This document shows, piece after piece, positions 36,330 through 44,615 of a stretch of DNA of 64,000 nt. This DNA is from an uncultured delta proteobacterium (GTDB lineage: Bacteria > Myxococcota_A > Polyangia > Polyangiales > Polyangiaceae). The notes beneath the pieces were generated by a model. The model did no database searches. It was not told the origin of the DNA and saw only the letters and a program-made list of their open reading frames with translations. Each line of letters starts with the position of its first letter. Within the stretch, counting starts at the first letter, position 1. A program made the translations under genes and the position numbers. Where the stretch lies: assembly GCA_963850305.1 (NCBI GenBank), contig CAWKKR010000011.1:262641-326640 (forward strand), given 5' to 3'.

Positions 36330-37444
36330 GCGCCGAGCACCATTTCCTCGATCGCGAGCGAACAGCCCCGCGGGGTTGCGTTGGCGCTTCGGCCGAGGAG
36401 CTCGACTCCGTTTCCGTTCGGGCGAATCAGGTCCTGGGTCACGATGGCGACGGCGGAGTCGATGTTCCCGAGATCGACGAATCGAGCGAGGCCGATCCCA
36501 TTTTTCGGAACGGGTCGAAGAGTCTCCCGATCGACCGCCGAGACGCGAAGCCACGGCGGTGGGAGAAAAACCCCACTCGGCCCGCGAACGGCCGCGCCCG
36601 GCGCAGTGCCCTCGTAAAGCTGGCTCGTGAGCTCGGTCATGCCGTACTCGCCGACGACACGGTCCTCGGAGATCCCGAAGGCGCACGCGACGTCGCGCCG
36701 GAGCTCGACGGACGATAGCTCGCGCGTCCGCCCCTTGAACCCCCCGGTGGTCATGACGAGTGTTCGTGGCGGAGCCGGCAACCGACGGCCGGCGAGAGCG
36801 TCCAGCAGCAGCACGAGTGCGAAGCTCGTGGAGAGCACCAGCAGCGGTTCACCGCGGCGCTGCGCGAGCTCGACGAGTCGTTCGAGCCCGGCGAGATCGA
36901 TACCGCCTTCCTGCGCGAGCCAGCGGCCTTCCGGTTCCGCATCGAACCCGGCGTCGATGCCGCGACCGTCGAACTCTTCGAGAAATACGCGCATCATGAA
37001 TCCGAGCGAGGACGTGGGAGGGGTCCCAGGGGGCGGCGCGAGCGACACGACGACGCGAGGGCCACTGCCCGGCTCGGCGAGCATCCGCGCTCCCCACGCG
37101 AGGGACAGCGCGCGATACGTATCGGTGCGGCGAAGGGGATGACGGCCGCGCGCGCCGCCGGTCGTACCGCTGGTCGAGAAGCACGCCGTATCGAGCTCCG
37201 GAGAGTGCGCTGCGACCCTCGTGAGGCGAAACGCATCGACGGGCACCGCCGGGATGGCGGCGACGCTGTCGAGCGCCGTGCGGTGCGCTTCGACCAATCG
37301 GCGAAAGCCCGGAACGTGCCGGACCTGGAAACGCGCGATATCGAGCGCGAGCGCGTCGAACGCCTCGCCATCGCCGGACGAGCCTCGACGGGCAAAGCCC
37401 TGCACACGAGCGTGGAGGGCGTCGGATTCCGAAAGTACGTTCAC
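36326..37444 (-). CDS. LuxE-like acyl-protein synthetase (adenylate-forming)
   Basis: Trimmed from ORF 36326..37918 to GTG 37444, which overlaps the upstream stop (GTGA). The sequence contains FSTSGTTGGARGRH (P-loop-like), TTGGFKGR and EYGMTELTSQ. Confidence 0.7.
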   Translation of the reverse strand: MNVLSESDALHARVQGFARRGSSGDGEAFDALALDIARFQVRHVPGFRRLVEAHRTALDSVAAIPAVPVDAFRLTRVAAHSPELDTACFSTSGTTGGARGRHPLRRTDTYRALSLAWGARMLAEPGSGPRVVVSLAPPPGTPPTSSLGFMMRVFLEEFDGRGIDAGFDAEPEGRWLAQEGGIDLAGLERLVELAQRRGEPLLVLSTSFALVLLLDALAGRRLPAPPRTLVMTTGGFKGRTRELSSVELRRDVACAFGISEDRVVGEYGMTELTSQLYEGTAPGAAVRGPSGVFLPPPWLRVSAVDRETLRPVPKNGIGLARFVDLGNIDSAVAIVTQDLIRPNGNGVELLGRSANATPRGCSLAIEEMVLGA

Positions 37445-38772
37445 GAGTGAAGAGTCTGAAGGGCGTCGACGGCGGCGGCAACGAATCCGTCCAGCAAAGT
37501 GTCGGCGACGTTGAGCGCAGGAGTCAGGACCACGATCTCCCGGTTGCCCCCGCCTGTCGAGACGACATAGCCGACCTCCAGAAGTCGCCGCGCCACGCGT
37601 GTCGCGGCGCCAGGCTTCGACCCGAGGTCGATCCCGATCATCAGGCCGGCTCCGCGCACTTCGACGACTCCCGGCACGTCGCGCAAGGCTTCGCCCAGCC
37701 GCTCGAGCCAGAGGGCCCCGCGCTCGGCACTCCTCGCAACCAGGCGTTCGCGCGACAACACGTCGAGCGTCGCGATCGCCGCAGCGCACCCCAGCGGCGC
37801 TCCCGCGAACGTCGAGGTGTGAACGACCTCGGGCTCGCGACGCCAGGCGCGCATGACGGAGTCCGAGCCCACGCATGCGCTGATGGGAATGCCGCCACCG
37901 AGTCCCTTGCCGAGGCAAACTACGTCAGGTCGGGCGCCTTCGGTCACCGAGCGCAGCATGGAACCCGCGCGACCGAGCCCGGTCCAGATCTCGTCCGCGA
38001 CGAGCAGCGCCCCTTGCTCCCGCGCGAGAGCTCCGAGGGCGGCGACGAACCCCGCCGGTGGAACGACGCATCCGCCGCGTCCGAGAAGCGGCTCGATCAC
38101 GACTGCGCCCACGGTGCCACTCGCGAGGGTCGCCCGCGCGTCGGCGAGCACTCGCTCGGACGCGGCGGCGCTCACGGGAAAATCCAGGAACGTCACGTGC
38201 GGGTTCAGCTGGGCGGCGAAGGGTGCTCGATATCCGTCCCGCAACGCCGACGCGGCCAGCGGAGCGTACGACAGTCCGTGATATCCGCCTCGAAACGCCA
38301 GGACTCCAGGTCTCCCGGTGGCGAGCAGCGACGTCTTCAATGCCGCGGTGACCGCATCAGCGCCCGACTGCCCGAGGATGACGCGGGCTCCCGGCTCTGG
38401 AAACAGCCCCGACAGCCGCTCGAGGAGCGCGATCTTCGCGTCCGAGGGATGAACGTCCCCCAGGGCCTGCAACAGTCGGGCGCTCGCTAGCTCGACGACA
38501 CGCAGGTGGCTCGGGTGCCCATGACCGAGGAGCAAAGCCCCGAAGCCCGCGGCGAGATCGACGTACCGGTTGCCGTCGACATCCTCGACGTTCGAGCCCT
38601 TCGCCGTCGCAAACACCACCGTGCCCGCCGGAACCTCGGCCGCCACTCCGCGTTGCGGGCCGACTCCGCGCGGACCCATCGGCGCCGCCGTGCGCGACGC
38701 GCGAGTGAGCCAGGTGCGAGATTGAGGACCCGGTGGAGTACAGACCAGCCGCGGAGGTTCGTCGCCCGTCAC
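37441..38772 (-). CDS. class-III pyridoxal-phosphate aminotransferase (GabT/omega-transaminase-like)
   Basis: GTG 38772 lies 1 nt after the upstream TGA. The sequence contains PPGPQSRTWL, DVDGNRYVDLAAGFGALLLGHGHP, GADAV, ADEIWTGLGRAG and CLGKGLGGGIP (PLP Lys). Confidence 0.8.
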   Translation of the reverse strand: MTGDEPPRLVCTPPGPQSRTWLTRASRTAAPMGPRGVGPQRGVAAEVPAGTVVFATAKGSNVEDVDGNRYVDLAAGFGALLLGHGHPSHLRVVELASARLLQALGDVHPSDAKIALLERLSGLFPEPGARVILGQSGADAVTAALKTSLLATGRPGVLAFRGGYHGLSYAPLAASALRDGYRAPFAAQLNPHVTFLDFPVSAAASERVLADARATLASGTVGAVVIEPLLGRGGCVVPPAGFVAALGALAREQGALLVADEIWTGLGRAGSMLRSVTEGARPDVVCLGKGLGGGIPISACVGSDSVMRAWRREPEVVHTSTFAGAPLGCAAAIATLDVLSRERLVARSAERGALWLERLGEALRDVPGVVEVRGAGLMIGIDLGSKPGAATRVARRLLEVGYVVSTGGGNREIVVLTPALNVADTLLDGFVAAAVDALQTLHS

Positions 38773-38773
38773 C

Positions 38774-39697
38774 TCAAGAGCACACCTTGTTGCGGCCACC
38801 CCGCTTGGCTTCGTAGAGCTTTTCGTCCGCACGCTGGATAAGGTCGTTCGCCGTGTCGCTATCGTGAACGAGCGCGCAGCCGATGCTGATCGTCACGGGG
38901 ATCTTCTCCCCCTGGAACACGAAGGGATGATCCGCCACTTTCTCGCGAAGATTTTCTGCGAGGCTGGTCGCGCCTTCCATCTCCGTTTCCGGGAGGACGA
39001 TGACGAACTCTTCGCCGCCGTATCGAGCAAAGACCTCGTCCCGGCGGATACGGCTCTGGACCGCCTCGGCGAGCTCACGGAGGACGTAATCACCCGCAAG
39101 GTGTCCATAGTGGTCGTTGATGCGCTTGAAAAAGTCGATGTCGAACATCAACAAGCTGAGCGGTCGATCGTGCCGGCGGGACCGGATGATCTCGCGGTCC
39201 AGTGACTCGAACAGGTAGCGCTTGTTGTGGATCTGAGTGAGACCATCGACGATGGTCATCCGATAAATTTCTTCGTGGTACTTCGCTTCCGCATCCTCGC
39301 CCGAGAGGTACTTGAGGATGGTCGGACCCACCTTCACGCGATCGTTCGAGCGGAGCTGAGCCTCCCGAACGATCTGCTTTTCGTTCACGTAGGTGCCGTT
39401 CGTGGAACCGTCGTCGACCGCGTACCAATGGTTGCCGCGGCGCTCGAAGTGCGCGTGCTGGCGCGACACGGAGTCGCCCTCGAGAACGATCTGGTTGTCT
39501 GCGCCGCGCCCCACGTGGAGCCGCGGGCCCTCGAGCACGAAGCGCTTGCCGAGCAAGTTCGGCTCCTTCGTGTAGATGACCACGAGGCAGTCGTTCCCCG
39601 TCTCCCCAGGCTCGTCGTCGAGCTTTCCCTGGATGACCTGGGTGACCCGTGTTTTTTCGTCGAAGTCGCTCGCCACGAAGCAGACCTTAAACTCCAA
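38774..39697 (-). CDS. FHA-domain diguanylate cyclase (FHA-GGDEF), degenerate I-site
   Basis: The FHA domain reads LHVGRGADNQIVLEGDSVSRQHAHF...DDGSTNGTYVNEKQI. The GGDEF domain has MFDIDFFKRINDHYGH and RRDEVFARYGGEEF. Start is TTG 39697 or the GTG 21 nt downstream. It has more A/T-ending codons than its neighbours. Confidence 0.8.
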   Translation of the reverse strand: MEFKVCFVASDFDEKTRVTQVIQGKLDDEPGETGNDCLVVIYTKEPNLLGKRFVLEGPRLHVGRGADNQIVLEGDSVSRQHAHFERRGNHWYAVDDGSTNGTYVNEKQIVREAQLRSNDRVKVGPTILKYLSGEDAEAKYHEEIYRMTIVDGLTQIHNKRYLFESLDREIIRSRRHDRPLSLLMFDIDFFKRINDHYGHLAGDYVLRELAEAVQSRIRRDEVFARYGGEEFVIVLPETEMEGATSLAENLREKVADHPFVFQGEKIPVTISIGCALVHDSDTANDLIQRADEKLYEAKRGGRNKVCS

Positions 39698-39925
39698 ACT
39701 ATAGACCGGCCTCCGAGAGGCGGGGGCGTTCTCCGAAGGTTCTGCAGAGGGCAGACTCCTGGCTCGAAATCGAAGGTGGGAATGCCACCCACAAGCCCGG
39801 ACGGACCCTAGTTTCTAGCGACGACTCGCGTCAAGGGAGCCGTCAACGGGCCCCTATCATTCGAGTAGCATGGTATCGGGCTTCGAAACGCCAGGTCCGG
39901 AGGGCCTGATGTGGGGGAACGTGGT

Positions 39926-41800
39926 TCAGGGCGCTGCCTCCTCCAGCGGAACGTCGAGTCCGACCAGACGCATCAGGCGCAGCGCGTTGCCGCCGGTCAC
40001 CGGGCCCGGGCGCAACCGGTAATCGAACGTCATCTTGCCGTCGGCGATGTTTTCGCGAAAATGGCACTGCTCCACGCGCGTCATGAGCTCGTCGGGGAGC
40101 TGGCAGAGCCCGGCATCATGGGTGGACACAGCTCCGATCGCGCCACTCCGGAGCATCTCTTCGAGCATCCATCGTGCGCCGATCTGCCGCTCGCGGGAGT
40201 TCGTCCCGTGAAGGATTTCGTCGAGAAGGAAGAATACAGGCAAGGCGCCCGCGGTCGCGTCCCGGACACCTTTGAGGCGCGCGACCTCGGCGTAGAAATG
40301 GCTGACGCCCAGGGACAGAGAATCACTGATCCGCAGGCTCGTGCGGACCGCGAGCGGAGACATGCGGAGCCGGGCGGCACAGACCGGCGCGCCCGCGAGG
40401 GCCAGAACTGCGTTGATGCCCATGGCACGGAGCAGAGTGCTCTTTCCGGACATGTTCGAGCCGGTAACAAGCAACGCGCGGCCCGGTTCCGCGAGGCGAA
40501 CGTCGTTGACGACGCGCGTCTCCGCCCCGAGGAGCGGGTGTCCGAGTGCGCGGGCGTCGTAGTGCGCCGGTGAGTCAGTGACGTCGGGCCAGGTGAACCC
40601 GGGCTCGTCGAAGGAGAGCCCTGCGAACGCGCTCAGCGCTTCGACCTCGCCGAGCGCGCGGAACCAGGCCCGCGCCGCGCCGCCCACGTCGCGTTGCCAC
40701 GCCTCCAGCCGGAGCAGGCAATGCGCGTCCCAGAGCAGGAACGCATTCGCGAACGGGTGGACGAGGCCGTTGTATCTGAGGTCGAACCACCCGACGATGC
40801 GCTCGAAACGCCGCATGGCAATCGAGGGGGCGAGCGAATTCGACAGCAAGTTCCGTCGGATCTCGCCGAGCAGGCCCGACTTCGGATCGAGCCTCTCGAT
40901 GAGTTCGAACATCGGTCCGTATCGGAGGAACGCGCCTTGCGTGGACGATACGGAGGCGAAGACGAGATCCGCTTCCTTCCGGACGGCCGCGACGACCAGA
41001 AGCTCGCCGAGAAACGGGATCGTCCAGGCCGCCGCGGACCAGCCGAACACGCGCGCCCCGAACACGAGAGCCAGCGTGACGACCGGAAGGGCATAGACGG
41101 CACCGATCAGCGCGGTGCGCCTGGAAAGCCAGGGCTCTCGCTCCGCCCACTCGAGCAGAGCCGCCGGATCCGGCGGCTCCGCGCGCGTTCCACGCTTCGC
41201 CACCTTGCTCTCGCCGGCCAATCCCGGCGGCGGCTCGACCACCGCGATGGACAGTGCTTCGAGTCGCTGGCGTTCTTCCAGGAGCGGCGCGAGCATCCGG
41301 ACCGCCTCCTGGCGAGCGCGAATCCGCGACGGTTCGACGGGTTCGGTCAAGAACCGAGCGAGCGCCTCCTGGCCAAACCGGGTGTGTGCAACGTTGATTC
41401 GCTGGTAGAGCGACCCGGCTCCGAACAGGTCGAGATCTACCGAGTACGGGTGCTCGCTGGAAGCGAACCGCGCCCCGTCGTCGCGGAGAGTCTTCCAGTT
41501 CGATGTAACCCGCGCGAGCGCGTCGAGGTTCACGCGAGCCATCCGCGTCGCGTCGTCTTCTGCTGCGATCACCCGTGCGTGCCACGCGACGAAGCCCAGG
41601 AACAGAACGCCGGAGATGACGGCGACGGGCACGCCCTCGGTCTGACCGCCGAGCGTCGCCAGGACGACGGCGATGACCGCGATCCCGAACGACAACCCGC
41701 GCAGATTCGAAACGAGTCGCGAACGCCGTCCCAGCTCGGAAGCTCGCTTTTGAAACCGATCGACGCGCTCGGGGTATGGGTTGGACGACACGGCGGGCAT
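39926..41800 (-). CDS. MutS-family ATPase (domain V) with N-terminal membrane helices; no mismatch-binding or Smr domain seen
   Basis: Trimmed from the 1041-aa ORF to ATG 41800 (MPAVSSNPYPERVD). Hydrophobic helices occur near the N-terminus and mid-protein. The Walker A is LLVTGSNMSGKSTLLRA. The sequence also contains SHFYAEV, LLDEILHGTNS and STHD. Confidence 0.8.
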   Translation of the reverse strand: MPAVSSNPYPERVDRFQKRASELGRRSRLVSNLRGLSFGIAVIAVVLATLGGQTEGVPVAVISGVLFLGFVAWHARVIAAEDDATRMARVNLDALARVTSNWKTLRDDGARFASSEHPYSVDLDLFGAGSLYQRINVAHTRFGQEALARFLTEPVEPSRIRARQEAVRMLAPLLEERQRLEALSIAVVEPPPGLAGESKVAKRGTRAEPPDPAALLEWAEREPWLSRRTALIGAVYALPVVTLALVFGARVFGWSAAAWTIPFLGELLVVAAVRKEADLVFASVSSTQGAFLRYGPMFELIERLDPKSGLLGEIRRNLLSNSLAPSIAMRRFERIVGWFDLRYNGLVHPFANAFLLWDAHCLLRLEAWQRDVGGAARAWFRALGEVEALSAFAGLSFDEPGFTWPDVTDSPAHYDARALGHPLLGAETRVVNDVRLAEPGRALLVTGSNMSGKSTLLRAMGINAVLALAGAPVCAARLRMSPLAVRTSLRISDSLSLGVSHFYAEVARLKGVRDATAGALPVFFLLDEILHGTNSRERQIGARWMLEEMLRSGAIGAVSTHDAGLCQLPDELMTRVEQCHFRENIADGKMTFDYRLRPGPVTGGNALRLMRLVGLDVPLEEAAP

Positions 41801-41823
41801 CCTTGCCGCGCCCGCGGCGGACG

Positions 41824-42432
41824 TCACTTCTTCTTCATCGTCACGACCAGGGTCGCCGCGACCTGGGGACCATCCGGATAGCCGACGAAGCGCCGGTCCA
41901 GCACGTCCGCCAGGCATCTTGCGGTCGATACGCTCACTCCATGCCGCTTTTGCACGCTGACACCCTCCGCGCGTCCTCGTCCCAGCACGAGGAACCGGAG
42001 TTCCACCTCGCCCCCGTCGGGTGCGACTCCGCCGGCCTTGGCGCACCCCAGGAACCGTTCCCGCGCCCGGACGAGGTTCTTCCTCGAGTCGGGGAGCGAC
42101 CCTTCGTCGGCGGTCACCTTGCCGACTTCGACGGTGAACCTCGGCGCGTCCGCGGCTGGCTGCGTCGCGTCGGACGCCGGTGCGGGGGCTTCCTTCTGCG
42201 GTTCCGCGGGCACGACCGCCATCAGCTTCGGCGGCTCGGCGCTCGGGTGAGAAGGCGGCGCTTCGCGAAGTCTGGCCGCCTCCTCCTCCGTGAGACAGCG
42301 GACGAGCGCGCCGTGGCCGTCGGACAGGCGGCCCCAGGCGCAAGTCGCATCGATCGGTGCCTGCGCGCGGGACGTCGCGGAGATTCCGAGGATCGCTGCG
42401 GTGAGAGACAGAGATAACCGTCGCTGTTCCAT
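41824..42432 (-). CDS. secreted protein with AgmX/PglI-like C-terminal domain
   Basis: The signal peptide is MEQRRLSLSLTAAILGISATSRAQA. A Pro/Ala linker precedes FLGCAKAGG...VELRFLVLGRGRAEGV...ARCLADVLDRRF...ATLVVTM. Confidence 0.7.
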   Translation of the reverse strand: MEQRRLSLSLTAAILGISATSRAQAPIDATCAWGRLSDGHGALVRCLTEEEAARLREAPPSHPSAEPPKLMAVVPAEPQKEAPAPASDATQPAADAPRFTVEVGKVTADEGSLPDSRKNLVRARERFLGCAKAGGVAPDGGEVELRFLVLGRGRAEGVSVQKRHGVSVSTARCLADVLDRRFVGYPDGPQVAATLVVTMKKK

Positions 42433-42535
42433 GACACTCCTTGAACGCCGCGAGGTCAGCGTTCGTTCGGCGAAACAAAGCGAGCCATGATTTTGTCCTC
42501 CGACGCAAGAAATCGGCTACGAACGCGGCCTGCTG

Positions 42536-43723
42536 GTGAAACCGAGCCCCTCCCCCGACGCCGCCTCCGTGGTGCTGACCTTCCTCGAGAGCGTGGGCCG
42601 CCGCTCCGAGGCCGAGCTCTACCTGAAACTGTTCCGGGAAGTCCCGAAGGAGAGCTTTGCCATCATCGCGGCCGAGGCCGCGGTCATCCGCTATGCCGGG
42701 GGGTCTCTCGTCGAGCAGCTTCGATTCTTGCGGGAGCTCGGGTTGTTCGCGCCGATCGTCGTCGGATTGTTCGAGCCCGTGAGCGCCGAGAAAGCGGCGA
42801 CTCGCCTTGCCCGACGATCGGCCGAGATGGGCGCCGTCGTGGAGGGCCAGCTCGACGGGCAGCTCGTCTCGCGCGTCCGGACGGAGCTCGCGGAAGAAAA
42901 CTTGCCCATCGTGTCCCTGGCCGCCGCCGGAGAGGAGACGCTCGCCGACCGCTTCGAACGCATCGGACAGCTTGCAGGCGAGCTCGGAACCCGGAAGATC
43001 GTCGTCTTGAGGCGGCGCGGTGGGCTCGCCCGGCCAGGCCGCTCCGCTCACGCCGAGCGTGGGATCTCGGTGGTCAATCTCCGCACGGATCTCCCCTCCT
43101 TGCGCGAGCCACGCGCCCTGCCCCCGGACGACGCGGAGCTGCTCGATCGTCTCGAGACGCTGCTGCTCCGGCCCGACTGTGCTCGCGCCGTCGCCAGCGT
43201 GACGTCACCGTTCAACCTGCTACGCGAGCTGTTCACGGTGAAGGGCGCCGGGACACTGATCAAGCGGGGCACCGCGATCTTGCGTCACGATACCATCTCC
43301 ACTTTCGATGCATTGCGCGTCGTCTCGCTGCTCGAATCGAGCTTCGGTAGAAAGCTGCTCAGGGACCCGTTCGCCGTGACGCCGCTCGCCGTCTATCTCG
43401 AAGAGAACTATCGCGCCGCGGCCATCCTGGTGGAAGCTCCCATCGCCCCTTATCTGGCAAAGTTCGCCGTCGACCGCATCGCGCAGGGCGAAGGCATGGG
43501 GCGCGACCTCTGGGAGACGATCGCGCGGGATCATCGCGCCGTGTACTGGCGAGCGCGGGTGGAAAACCCCATCGCTAGCTGGTATGCATCCCTGTGCGAC
43601 GGCATGATCAAGGTCGGTAACTGGACTGTCTATTTCCGGGGCGTGGACACCAAGGATGTCCCGCGAATCGTCGACGATGCCGTGGCGAGGCCAGAGGACT
43701 TCGCCGGGCCGGAGGCGTCCTAG
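42536..43723 (+). CDS. N-acetylglutamate synthase-like protein (amino-acid-kinase-like N-domain plus DUF619-type NAT domain)
   Basis: GTG start. The C-terminal domain contains LFTVKGAGTLIKRG, YLAKFAVDRIAQGEGMGRDLW, YWRARVENPIASWY and GNWTVYFRG. Confidence 0.65.
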   Translation: MKPSPSPDAASVVLTFLESVGRRSEAELYLKLFREVPKESFAIIAAEAAVIRYAGGSLVEQLRFLRELGLFAPIVVGLFEPVSAEKAATRLARRSAEMGAVVEGQLDGQLVSRVRTELAEENLPIVSLAAAGEETLADRFERIGQLAGELGTRKIVVLRRRGGLARPGRSAHAERGISVVNLRTDLPSLREPRALPPDDAELLDRLETLLLRPDCARAVASVTSPFNLLRELFTVKGAGTLIKRGTAILRHDTISTFDALRVVSLLESSFGRKLLRDPFAVTPLAVYLEENYRAAAILVEAPIAPYLAKFAVDRIAQGEGMGRDLWETIARDHRAVYWRARVENPIASWYASLCDGMIKVGNWTVYFRGVDTKDVPRIVDDAVARPEDFAGPEAS

Positions 43724-44056
43724 ATGGTCTTTCTCGTCGCGTTCCTCGTCGTGATCGCCATCATCGGTGGCCTCGTGTACGTGCTCGTGATTTACCGGGA
43801 AGTACCGGGGGCCGTCGAGCAGCGCTTCGGAGTACTGGAAGCGCTCCCCGAAGACATCGGACAGTGGAAGGTCGACGAAGACACGGAAGAAGGCAAAGCC
43901 GCCGTCTCGCAGGGCCTGAAGCGAGAAACGCGGCTCTTCCACGACGTCCGGGCGAACAAGCTCCTCCGCCAGACCCGGTACCGCAATCGCGCCACGAACG
44001 AAGTTCTGCGCGTGGACCCGGACGAGACCGTAAAGCGCAAGCGGGTTCGCTCCTGA
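43724..44056 (+). CDS. small membrane protein, hypothetical
   Basis: The ATG immediately follows the upstream TAG. The N-terminal TM helix is MVFLVAFLVVIAIIGGLVYVLVIY, followed by a charged tail. Confidence 0.6.
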   Translation: MVFLVAFLVVIAIIGGLVYVLVIYREVPGAVEQRFGVLEALPEDIGQWKVDEDTEEGKAAVSQGLKRETRLFHDVRANKLLRQTRYRNRATNEVLRVDPDETVKRKRVRS

Positions 44057-44072
44057 CACTGCGCCCGCAGGC

Positions 44073-44615
44073 TCAGGTCCGCGCGGCGCGTCGTTTCGCC
44101 ATCACCGAAAGCGCGATGCCCAGCATGCAAATCGTCGCGGAGAACGGAAGACCCCAATCCGCATTCTCGCTCGGAAAGGTGAAGGCCCATTCGTTCGGGT
44201 CGGGGACGGGGGCAAGCGCGGGCGTCATGGGGATGCGGTGTTCGGCTCGCAGCGCGAGAAGGTAACCGGCCGTGGCGGCCCGCACGGCGCCGTCCAGGTC
44301 GTGAACCGCCAGGTAAGGGCCGACCCATCGACGAAACAGGTAGTCGCGAAACCCCGCGCGTGCGAACTCCGTGAAGCGCGCACCGGGAAGCACGGCGAGA
44401 TCGCCGTCCCCGAGCACGATGAGCGTCTCCTCCGGCGAGGTCGGCCTTGGCGAGCCCCCGATGACCACGCGCGCCGGATAGCCGTGCGCGTCTGCCAGCG
44501 ACAGCTCGGCTTCCGTCGAGTGCCAGGTGAGCCCGGATACACCGGTGTCGTTGCACCCGACGAGAAGAGAGACGGCGAGACCGAGCGTCGCCCCGCGCCG
44601 AGCCAGCGCGCTCAT
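44073..44615 (-). CDS. lipoprotein with C-terminal hydrophobic anchor, hypothetical
   Basis: Trimmed to ATG 44615, which overlaps the upstream stop (ATGA). The signal is MSALARRGATLGLAVSLLVGC (lipobox LVGC). The C-terminus is ATICMLGIALSVMAKRRAART. Confidence 0.7.
   Translation of the reverse strand: MSALARRGATLGLAVSLLVGCNDTGVSGLTWHSTEAELSLADAHGYPARVVIGGSPRPTSPEETLIVLGDGDLAVLPGARFTEFARAGFRDYLFRRWVGPYLAVHDLDGAVRAATAGYLLALRAEHRIPMTPALAPVPDPNEWAFTFPSENADWGLPFSATICMLGIALSVMAKRRAART

Noticed and set aside
39698-39925. c-di-GMP (GEMM-type) riboswitch upstream of the FHA-GGDEF operon
   Set aside because: I could not find the conserved GEMM-I/II core sequences or the paired-helix layout by eye. This needs a covariance-model scan before any claim.
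41801-43051. N-terminal 417 codons of the 1041-aa ORF 39926..43051 as part of the MutS-family gene
   Set aside because: This part is Arg/Gly/Pro-rich junk. It overlaps the credible secreted-protein gene 41824..42432 and the divergent 42536.. gene. The conserved protein starts at ATG 41800.
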